Shown here: one piece after another, positions 39,175 through 49,771 of the stretch | Layout of the letters: every line of letters starts with the position of its first letter | Position numbering within the stretch: the first letter of the stretch is position 1 | Source of the DNA: Curvularia clavata | Lineage: Eukaryota | NCBI GenBank assembly: GCA_023920165.1 | Contig: CP089281.1 | Span: 558,001 to 622,000, forward strand | DNA length: 64,000 nucleotides | Direction of reading: 5' to 3' | Made by a program: the position numbers and the translations under genes | Notes under the pieces: generated by a model | What the model saw: the letters and a program-made list of their open reading frames with translations, nothing else | Databases searched by the model: none | What the model was told of the DNA's origin: nothing

Positions 39175-40552
39175 ATGGATCCCAACAGCCGCGCTCCTCG
39201 CGCTGCCGCCCGCCCCATGGACACGGACAAGATGGCTGCCGAACTGACTGAGCAGTTCCGCCAGGTCCTCAGCACAAAGCGAATGAACGACCTCACATCC
39301 CGATCATCTCAATCCCGCTCCTCATCGCCAGCTCCCCGCGACTTCGGCACCCCCCAGCCGCCTCACTCGCAAGCCGCCCCGCCAGCCTACTCATCCATCA
39401 AGAACATCCCCATCGTCCCAGAGCCCCCGCGCGACGCCCGATCACTGCGCTTCAAGAACATGCTGCACTCGCTCTCCAACATGCCCGTCCGATGGGAGAA
39501 CCCTGGACTCCTCGACGAGGCCCTTCGCGTCATCCCCCTCGAGCAAATCTACAACGAGGCTGAAGAAGAGAGCCAGATCCTGCAGGCCGAGGCCGAGAGC
39601 ATGGGCGCCGGCAAGAAGGCCGCCTGGGGCTACCAGGACTGCGTTGTCCGCGCCCTGCTGCGATGGTTCAAGCGTTCCTTCTTCACATGGGTCAACAACC
39701 CACCCTGCTCGCGATGCTACTCACCCACCGTCGCCGTGGGCATCACACCACCCCTCCCCGACGAACAGGCCCGTGGCGCCAGTCAAGTCGAGGCCTACCG
39801 CTGCTCACACGAAGCCTGCCAGAACTACGAACGCTTTCCCCGATACAATGACGCTTTTGTCCTGCTCCAAACCCGAAGAGGCCGTTGCGGCGAGTGGGCA
39901 AATTGCTTCAGCATGCTCTGCCGCGCCGTTGGCTCAAGAGTACGCTGGGTCTGGAATGCCGAAGACCACGTTTGGACCGAAGTCTACTCTGTGCATCGCA
40001 AGCGATGGGTTCATGTAGATGCATGCGAAGAAGCATGGGACAAGCCCCGACTATACACTGATGGTGAGTTGCTCGTTTCATTCCCATATGCCTTGCACAA
40101 ACTAATCTTATTCAGGCTGGGGTAAGAAGCTCTCCTACTGCATTGCCTTTTCGGCTGACGGCGCCATGGACGTCACTCGCCGATACGTCCGTGACGCTAA
40201 GCATGCTGCCGAACGCAACCGCGCACCAGAGGCAGTCCTCCTCTACATCATGGACGAGATCCGAGCAACACGACGGGCCAACATGTCCAAGCAAGACAAG
40301 TTCCGTCTGCAGGGTGAGGACATCCGCGAAGCCAAGGAACTACGCGCCGGTGTCATCTCCTCAATTGCACAGGCCGTCTGCAAACTACGACCCGAAGACA
40401 TCATCAACGGACAGGCCACACGCCGATTAGACCCAGATGCTCAAAAAGCATTGGAAGGTCGCATGAGCGGTAACTCGCAATGGATACGAGCCCGCGGCGA
40501 GGGTGGCCAACAACAAAACCAACAGGACCCTCGCAACCAACACCCCCGTTGA
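39175..40552 (+). CDS. PNG1: Peptide:N-glycanase (transglutaminase-like fold)
   Basis: [14 protein letters not shown], zinc-binding [37 protein letters not shown] and WVHVDACE. Intron 40064-40115. Confidence 0.93.
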
Positions 40553-41308
40553 GGCTGTTGGTATTGCCCAAGCAACCACCGCCCCACCACTACTACCACC
40601 ACCACCTCACACTCACTATACCCGGTACTCTTCCATGGCACCTTGTCTACAACACTAGCCGAGTCGGTCACTCTGCCTGTCCCCTTGGCACTTGGCTCTC
40701 GAGCATGCAGACTGTGTCATGGAAGCCAGTACCTCTTCGGAAATCATTCCCGCGACCCTTCGCTACGCGGAAGAGACTCCGGCGTGTACAATATAGAATC
40801 TGGGATTCATGTCGATTTGGATTCATTTGCGCTGGCGTTCTGGAGCAAACTCTACACAAGAGACATAAGCGGTAACCTCTAATGTCTTGACCCGGACCTC
40901 GAGCAAGAGGCCTTTCCTAGTCGTTTCGATTCTTCTTCGCCCCAATCATTTTTCTTCCCCTTGTTGTTGCACAAACACGTTTGGCGACTGAGTTTTCAGC
41001 GCAATATTGCATTTTTTTCTATTTTATTCTTCACTTCTACTTGTTTGAGCGTGCGCAAGGGTTTTTTTGCTTGCGGCACTGTTTATACCACTTGGGCATT
41101 GTTTGCTTGGATGACGATTTGCGACTTGTTTCTTATGTCTTGTTTCCTATGTCACGAGCATTTTTGGACTCGGCATGCACGATGTATGGGTTTTACGTTT
41201 TGCAGGCATTTGGGCTTGGGTTGGGAAATCAAAGGTGTACACGGGTGGTGTGGGGATCCGCAGCACGAAGCTGATGGAAAGGGAGGGGTTGAACGCGCGT
41301 CCGCAGCG

Positions 41309-41325
41309 CCCCCCCCCCCCCCCCC
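41309..41325. repeat. Poly-C homopolymer (C17)
   Basis: Direct read of the sequence. Confidence 0.9.
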
Positions 41326-43018
41326 AAAGGCAGGGCAGACTGCACGATAACTTGGATGCAAGATAGTAGGAAATCAAAGACCAAGATTGGTCATGTATCT
41401 GCAATTCGCCGCAAAGACACAGTGAGCGTGATTACCATTTTGCGAAAGAGGTGTGTCATTGTGCGAGACATATTGTTGGTAAGACGAGGCCGATCAGAGA
41501 CGGTTGACAAAAAGATTTGCGGGGGACGCGCGTTGAGGCTACGCAGGCGGTCAGGCCTAACCAAGATGACAAAGGCGGTTCTAGAGTGTTCTCAATCTAC
41601 TCCACGATTGATAGTTGTCGACAAAAGCACTTTTTCTCTCTCCAAAAGCAAGCGGTATGTTTCACTGATTAGAATACACACATAAAGTAGCAAGTATAGC
41701 GGGAGCATGTACACAGCTGAGCGTCTACGTGGTGTGATACGCCTCAAACGAGTCATGAACCCAGATCAGCATCCGCTGTCCCTTCTTCTCCAGTTTTTCT
41801 ACCTTGATACAGTTTAGCTCATCAGCTGGCACGGGAAGTGGAGGGGGTGATGGGAACAAAAAAGAGAGAAAAGGGAAAAGAGAGTGACCAACGACGACAC
41901 AGCCTAAAAAAGCCACACGACACAGACACATCAGTCTAAAAATAAAGATCGGGCATGGTGGGTTTGGGAGGCTAGACAGAATTGGGAGTAGTGCAGTGAG
42001 ACGTTGGGGGCCGGATGGAGGTTTTTGTTGTCAGCGTCTGTGTGTGCTGGGCACGTGTGGCGGTGACAGATGGAGGCTCAGCGATACAGAAACGTGCCTA
42101 GTAGGTAGCAGTTGGGCCGGGTGGAGCCAGTCCAAAGAGTGGTTCGTCAAGTAAAAGCGCCGAAGGAGATGTACGGTACGTACTTGGCGAGGCGGATGAG
42201 GGTAGGGCCGAGGCGTATAGTGTGCGTTGAAGGATGACGGAGCGAGAGCGCTGAAACGCAGTGTCAGGATTTTCTCTTACATGCCTCCATACCTTGATGC
42301 TCAGGACGAGACTTGGCGTCATGATGAAGTATATGCATTCTAGACGATACATACATGAACTAGGAATCCAAGGGTTTGTCCATGTACAAGTACGCAACCA
42401 TGCGTCCCAAGTGCTGCGAGACGGAAGCCAGCGATTCCACGCGGCGTTGGTTGTGGGCCAAGATGATGGGCAAGAGGAGCAGATTACATATGTCGTGAGG
42501 CTCAGCAAACGTCAAGCCAACCATGGTGATTTCACGCAGCTGGCTGTGTCAGCACTACAATCCACACCTGTCGCAAGCTCAGTGAGGCTGGTCAAGACTA
42601 ATCACCGCCCGTTACCAAGCCAAGGCCAGCCACTTGGATTCCGCTGCGCACTGACCACCAAAAGACACGCGCACCAACTGTACGGCCACTCAGCCCCCCT
42701 CGGCTGGGCACCGTTTACCCTGCGCATTTCAGCTGCGGCCTTGGGGTTTGCCCTATTATCTGCTGGTTCAAAAGCCTGGTTCATCCAACCCGTCAGTTCT
42801 TTTTTATCGCTCTCGCTGCACTCGTCTCCTCCACACATCTCAACATCCACGGGTTCTTGCTCGTTGCTCCCGTGACTTGCACCTGCCATCTCGACCCTTG
42901 CCAGCCCATTGCCCGTGCGCTCGCTGTGTGACATCAGCCACCTTCTACTCACAGTCCCGCAACACCACAACAACACCTCTACACACGACCGGACGGTTTT
43001 TCTTTTACCACCGCAATC

Positions 43019-44123
43019 ATGGGAAAAGTCGGCAGATTCGCTTGTATCATCACGCCCATGGCGCTGACCCTCGCATCCTTGATATGCTTTGTCATGGTGA
43101 TGCTGGGCCAAACACCATGGAAGGGCCACAGCGCTCCAGCAACTGCCCTTGGGCGCGAGCTCTACTTTGTCAAGGTATGTCTAAATCACATGTTCCTTCT
43201 CGTCTTCATAGACATGATTGCTAACCTACAAACAGGCTGATACTGCCAACATGACGCTCGACTCACAAACCATCCTCGACAATCTCCCCGACGGCATTGA
43301 GCCCAACAATGACTTCCTCGAAGCCCTCCGCGGCAAGGCCGAATCCAAAGAGCTCAAAGACTTTTACCAAGTCGGTCTCTTCTCCTACTGCGAGGGCGAC
43401 ACCGACGCCGAGGGCAAGGACAAGATCACCTACTGCTCGCCTCGCAAATTCCAGTTCTACTTTGACCCCCTCAAGGTTTGGGGTATGAACGGCACCAGTC
43501 TGCAGGCCGCCCTTGGTGACAAGTACGACGACGGAATGAATGTGTACAAGAAGGTTGCTGGCTGGATGAACTGGGCTTTTGTCATTGTCATTGTCTTGAC
43601 CCCCATTGAGTTTATCGTTGGTTTCTTTGCTATCTTCTCGAGGTGGGGTAGCTTCGTCACTACCATCATTTCTACGGTACGTTTGTCCGCCTTTTTTTCT
43701 TTTTTCCCCCGCACTTCGTCCTGGAACAGTTTTGTTGACTCTTTTCTCCATTAGGCCCAGACTGTCTTCGCCATTGCCGCTGCCGCAACTGCTACGGCCA
43801 CTTACGGTACACTCACGGGTGTATTCAAAACCGCTCTTGAGCCATATGACATTGACATCGACATGGGCTCCCAAATGCTGTCTACCCTCTGGCTCGGTGT
43901 TGCCTTCTCTATTGGCTCAGGTTTCTTCTGGCTCATCAGCGTCTGCTGCTGCAGCGGAAAGAGCTCCCACAAGAAGATGGTCGTTGAGAAGACTCCCTAC
44001 ACCTATGAGCGTGTCGCAAGTCCTGCTTTTGGCGGCCAACAGGGTCACCAGATGCAGCAGTGGCCCAGCAGCCACAAGGAGACGCCCCAGACTGCTTACG
44101 AGCCGTTTAGGTCGCGTGTCTAA
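43019..44123 (+). CDS. Sur7/PalI-family (claudin-like) membrane protein
   Basis: N-terminal TM, loop motif DFYQVGLFSYCEG...YCS, three further TMs and an SVCCCSG tail. Introns 43175-43235 and 43677-43754. Confidence 0.9.
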
Positions 44124-44475
44124 ACAACTAGCCGTTTGGCTACTCCATCACCGTCTTTCTACAGACTTGGATACTTGTGCCTGTGTTATGGCACCATAAC
44201 GACTTGTATGACCAGTTAGTTGTGCATGCTTGGGTTGTGTTTTCATCCTTTTTATTCTCTTTCTGGCGAGGTTTATACCCCCCCTTCTATCTACATGACT
44301 TGGAAATGGCGTTGTTGAATTGCATCAATGGGTTGTTTTTGGATCTTGGTGAATCTTTTCTCTGGTATATAGTAGTATACCATCATGCTAGGAAAAAGCA
44401 GGCATCACAGCATCAGAGCCGACTGAGTGGTCTGGCGAAGAGCTGAATAGAGAAATGCGTGATTCGTCCTATCTA

Positions 44476-44555
44476 TGTCTTTTAAGGGGCTTTTGTGTGA
44501 CATCAACAGAAGGTGGTTTTCTTGTGCTGTTCATACCAAGAGGAAAAATTTAAAC
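44476..44555 (+). repeat. Direct repeat, copy 1 (80 bp)
   Basis: TGTCTTTTAAGGGGCTTTTGTGTGACATCAACAGAAGG... aligns without gaps to 49364-49443 with 11 mismatches in 80 nt (hand count), 10 of them transitions. Confidence 0.92.
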
Positions 44556-45263
44556 CACGTTCATCCCTGCGTAGGGGGACACCCCATGTGCCGGGACGCT
44601 TTTTCGTTAAGACCTTCGGCGTCAAGCCAGCGCGACTGCACCAAGTCAAGCTCAATGCAGATCGATGGTGCAACTCTCCCACCTCAGTAATTTCCGATTA
44701 AGAAGAGCATGGTCTTAGGCGTGCTAATGGCTGACTGATCACTACTATTAACTTTCTATAAGTACCCCTTTGTTTACTCCTAATAATAGGCGTTTGTTAA
44801 GTAACTACTTAGAGGACTAGAAGGGAACTGTAGAGATTAAAGGTTAAGAGGATTGCCAGTTCTAAAGGTTAGATTCAAGTAAGAAGCGCGCCTTTTAGTA
44901 GTTTCTGCGCGTAGACAGTAAGATCGCTAGAACTTATCTACACAAACATAGGGCTGTTGCCGCTTCTAGTATGTAGTAGCGTACAGCAGCGCGCTCAGAT
45001 ATCTATGTATCGTACTGTATTGAAATACGCGCTTGGCTTGTCCAGGATCAGCTCCTTAAAATAGCCATGCAACAAGTCCATTGGTCAGATTTGCTGTGCC
45101 ATGCAGCCTCACATATTTACCAGCTATCTACACGTAGCCTACTTGATGTGCTTCTATACGACAGAGACTTCTCCTACAGTCCTGCGACGTTCACCTCTGC
45201 CAGCCTGTGTCGCGCGCGACAACCGAGTCTGCTAACATTCTAGACAAAGCATGCTAAAACACA

Positions 45264-48200
45264 ATGCGCCTTCTAAAGCGTCTCGCAGCAGACAGCAGCT
45301 TCGAGTTGACGTTTTTCAAAAACGACGACACGGTTCCTCCATACGCCATCCTCTCACACACCTGGATAGACGGCCAAGAAGTTACATACGACGAGCTGTT
45401 GGCGGGAGCAGGCGCGGATAAGCACGGCTATGCTAAGATCCGCTTCTGTGGCGAGCGAGCGGCAGCTGACGGTCTCGAGTACTTCTGGGTAGACACCTGC
45501 TGCATTGACAAGTCTAAGAGCGACGAGCTGAGCACAGCGATTAACTCCATGTTTCGCTGGTATCAGCGCGCTGTTAAGTGCTATGTATACCTAACAGACG
45601 TCCTAGTGCCAGATGAGGTTACCGACGCCGAAGCCTTCCGCATATCGTGGCAGCAAGCTTTTCAGTGCAGCCGGTGGTTTACACGAGGCTGGACGTTGCA
45701 AGAGCTACTCGCGCCAGCTAGCGTCGAGTTCTTCGCCCGGAACGGCAAGCGGCTAGGCAGCAGAATCTCACTGGAACAGGAAATACATAGCATTACCGGC
45801 ATATCTATCCATGCGCTGAGAGGCCATAGCCTTGCTGAGTTTAGCGTTGAGGAGCGGATAAGCTGGGCAGCGAAGCGCACAACGACACTAAAAGAGGATA
45901 AAGTGTACTGTTTGCTTGGCATTTTTCAGGTCTTTCTGCCGCTTATATATGGAGAGGGAGAGGAGTATGCAACGCTGCGTCTCAGAGATGAGATACAGAA
46001 GCGACAGCAAGGACGGAAGAATGTAGATGTGCAAGATCTATCCGGTGTGTAGTTTGGATAGCATCGCACTACACAGACCACACTTAATAGCTAATGACCT
46101 ATAATCTTAGTGTCACTACCTTTCCCACGAAATGAGCTCTTCGTTGGACGAGAGAGCCAGCTCCAGTCGATCGAACGAGCCCTCTTATTACCCAATACTC
46201 ACCGACGGATGACTATATATGGACTAGGAGGATGTGGGAAATCAGCGCTTGCTCTTGAGTTTGCGTATCGTGCACTTGTGGGAGACGCTAAACGCTTAGT
46301 CTTCTGGGTGCCAGCCATGAGCCAAGAGAGTTTCAAGCTTGCCTATCGCGAGATTGGAATCCGTCTTTGTATACCAGGCATCAGCGATGACAACGCGGAC
46401 GTTCAGCGACTTGTGAAAGAGACGTTAAGTTCAGGAAACATAGGCGATTGGTTAATGGTCGTCGATAACGCTGATGACTCTCAAGTCTTGGTGGGAGTGG
46501 ACAACGAAAGCGATGGGTTGGCTCGACCAATCGACTATATTCCGCATAGCAATAAAGGCGCAGTTCTCTTTACTACTCGTAGCAGGAAAGCGGCTATAGA
46601 CTTGACTCAGAGCAATGTCCTCGAAGTAAACGACATGGGCAAAATTGAGGCCAGGCAGCTGCTTGCGCGGCGAACGACGAAACAAGAATTGTTGAACGAC
46701 GAGGCGGCAGTTGACATATTGCTTGAGACACTCACAAGCTTGCCGCTTGCTATCGTACAGGCTGCCGCTTTTATGAGCCAAAACAATACATCCGTCTCCG
46801 AATACCTATCGCTACTCCAGTCTGCTAGCACGAAATCCGAGCTCTTTCGCGAGCAGTTTCAAGATCCGAGCACATACCGCAGTATGCATAGCACGATTGC
46901 AAAGACATGGCACATATCTTTTGAGCAAATCCAGAGACAAGATCCTCTTGCAGCAGAGTACCTTTCGTTTATAGCATGCATTGATCGTGTTGGCATTCCT
47001 CAATCGATATTGCCACCAGAAAAATTTATTATACAGCAAGTAAAAGCACTTGGAACGCTAACAGGATATGCGTTTATTACAGAGCGCCAGCAGACTGTGC
47101 CAGGATCTGGCGAGAGGTTTTTTGATATGCACCGACTAGTGCACATGGCGTTAGGCTGGTGGCTAGAGGGCCATGGTAAGCAGGCGGACTGGGCAGACAC
47201 GGCAGCAGCCCGAGTTGAAGAACTAGTGCCGGATCTTTGGCATGAAGGAAGAGAAGTATGGGGCGCGTACCTTCCACATGCAAAGCATGTGGCTGAACTC
47301 GTTAAAATTATGGATGGCGCAAGGAGTGCTTCGATCTTGGAACGACTCGGCCGATGTCAGATGAGTCTAGGGCAATACGCATCAGCAATAACGTCGCACC
47401 GAGAAGCGTCGTCCTTGAGGAAGGAGATACTAGGGCTTGAGCATCCAGATACCCTGACGAGTATGAGCAATTTGGTGTCAGTACTCAGCAAGCAGGGCAA
47501 GTACGAAGAGGCTGAGAGGATAAACCGACAGGAGCTAGAGTGCACGAAAAGGGTGCTTGGTCCTGAGCATCCAGACACACTGACAAGTATAAGTCACTTG
47601 GCGTTAATACTTGACAGACAGGGCAAGCACGAAGAGGCTGAGATAATGAACCGACAGACACTAGCGCAGCGTGAGAAGGTGCTAGGTCCTGAGCATCTCT
47701 CTACGCTCACAAGTATGAGTAACTTAGCAGGTGTGCTTAATATACAACGCAAGTACTACGAAGCTGAGGCGATGAATCGACAGACACTAGCGCGGTATAT
47801 AAAGGTGCTAGGTTCTGAGCATCCCTTTACGCTAACGAGTATGAGCAACTTAGCGTTAGTGCTCGACAGCCAGAACAAATACAAAGAGGCTGAGATAATG
47901 AACCGACAGACGCTAGCGCTGCGCGAGAAGGTGCTGGGTCCTGAGCATCCAGATACACTAACGAGTATGAACAACCTAGCAGGAGTGCTAGAAAGGCAGA
48001 GCAAGTACAAAGAGGCTGAGGTGATACACCGACAAACGCTAGAACAGCGCGAGAAGATACTTGGCTCTAGACATCCAGATACACTCACGAGTATGGGAAT
48101 CTTGGTAGGAGTGCTTTGTAGACAGGGCAAGTACGAAGAGGCTGAGGCGATAAGCTGGCAAACACTGGCGCAGCGCGAGGAGGTGCTGGGTTCTGAACAT

Positions 48201-48497
48201 CCAGATACGCTGACTAGCGTCTACGGCCTTGCACAAATTCTTGCCCAACGGCATCGTGTAGAAGAGTCTTTACAACTGTACCAGAGGGCATCCGCTGGAT
48301 ATGACGCCGTTCTTGGAGAAGGTCATCCTAAGGCCTTAGCGTGTCGCCGACGTTATGCTGATTTACGCGCATCGCAAGAGCAGCAGCTTAACTATGCGCC
48401 TAGTACGCTACAAAGTGGTGCAGGAGAAACTACGAAGAAGACATCGAAATTGTCACGCGGGCTAGCAAAAATTGGTATTAGGGGCTCAAAGCATTAA
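45264..48497 (+). CDS. Fungal NLR: HET - NB-ARC - TPR (~1055 aa)
   Basis: HET motifs (YAILSHTW, FWVDTCCIDK, INSMFRWY, WFTRGWTLQELLAP). Intron 46045-46110 (GTGTGT..GCTAAT..TAG) joins in frame to PFPRN. Walker A GLGGCGKS, Walker B LMVVDNAD, LPLAI, MHRLV and 42-aa TPRs follow. Confidence 0.93.
47430..48311 (+). repeat. Seven tandem 126-bp (42-aa) TPR units in the NLR sensor domain
   Basis: LGxEHPDTLTSMxNLAxVL..Q.KY.EAE units begin at 47430, 47556, 47682, 47808, 47934, 48060 and 48186, with a partial unit at 48312. Confidence 0.93.
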
Positions 48498-49363
48498 GGA
48501 GGGTGTACTGGCTTATACTTTTCTGCAAAAAGCTATCGCAGCCATGCTGCAAGTAGCTCAAAGAGCTATTTCCTGCCTACCACTCTGCACTACCTGTAGT
48601 AAGAGTCCATTCAATCAGTCTGTGGCAATAGAATCTGCACTCTTGCCTGTCTCTCCCGTCTGTGCTCCCGTACCGTAACAATGGGTAGTTAGTCTACTTC
48701 GCCTTTCTCGAACATTGCTAGAAGTTCGATGGTGCAAGTCATTAACTTTTCTAATGCTTGTTACACTTATGAAGCACTTGAGTCCTTATTCACTAGCCTT
48801 CCTGCGAGTTGTGTCTCGTTCTGAGTAGTAGGATCCTACAACCTATCTATTAGTTGTCTGTCTAGGATAGGTAAATCGCACCTTTTAGTACAATACAGTA
48901 CATATATATCCGATTACGCTAATATACGCTACTATATACCAAAAGCAAGGCTAGCTTTATACCCGTACAAACAGGTTCTAGTAATCTTGATGTTTATACG
49001 GGGAAATTGCAAGAGTACGCACTGCACACTTGAAATTAATCTTTAGAGGATGCAGTCATGAACTCTGCCATCTTAGCTTTCTTTCTTGCCTACTTAGCTA
49101 TCTACAAATGTTCGTCGTTGCGAAAAAAAGAACCAAGGGGATGTTAGAGGAGAGTCGATTGATGGCCCTGATAGAACGAGCGACAGCATAATCAACAATG
49201 CACTTTTTGGCATTGAAAGATGATGTACTGGAACAACAAAAGCTGTAGAATGGATGCGTACCGCGTTTGTCTTGACATAAGCGCGCTGGCGGGATGTTCT
49301 GAGTTTCTAGAAGAAAAGGTGTCCCATCACACCGTGGGTCCCAGCACGTAGAGACGGGCTTTT

Positions 49364-49443
49364 TGTCTTTTGAGGGGCTTTTGTATGATATCAACAGAAG
49401 GCGATTTTCTTGTGCTGTTCAGATCAAGAAGGAAAATCTGAAC
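49364..49443 (+). repeat. Direct repeat, copy 2 (80 bp)
   Basis: TGTCTTTTGAGGGGCTTTTGTATGATATCAACAGAAGG...; ~86% identical to 44476-44555. Confidence 0.92.
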
Positions 49444-49771
49444 ACATATGGTAGTCGAAGAACATGAAATGTCCCATATATGTAAGGAGATGTACCACAC
49501 AGCCTTTAAAATCAGTATGAGAACGCAGCCACACTCACGGCGAAGCAAAAGTAGAAATAAAAATTTGAATATCTCTGCATATTTATCTATCCCACATTCA
49601 AATACCAAAGTCTCAAACGTATCCATACACACATTCAAATGCACATACGCACAAAAGCCATAGGAGCTCAAGGCCAAACCTTATAGCATTCAATTCAACC
49701 CAACTCAGCCTTTTCCGTTTCACTCAGCCTCTGAGTCCTCATGCACCCTCAACTCGTCTCCCACAACGAAC

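Larger units (their letters stand above)
44562..49356. mobile_element. Putative non-autonomous TIR-bounded cassette carrying an NLR gene
   Basis: 44562-44634 matches the reverse complement of 49282-49356 at ~49/75 positions (shared GGGAC, TGTG..GGGAC.C.TTTTC and GCCAGCGCG blocks). An 80-bp direct repeat lies 6-7 bp outside each end, the interior flanks are TpA-rich, and no transposase is seen. Confidence 0.55.

Noticed and set aside
49364..49443. Direct repeat read as a box C/D snoRNA (ATGATAT...CTGA)
   Set aside because: The C box is non-canonical, the spacing is short, and copy 1 lacks the CTGA. A Rfam/snoscan search would be needed to revive the idea.
44476..49443. Starship, LTR retrotransposon or Helitron identity for the NLR island
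   Set aside because: No DUF3435 tyrosine recombinase, gag/pol or Rep-helicase; the DRs lack TG...CA LTR context and a primer-binding site; the island is far smaller than Starships.
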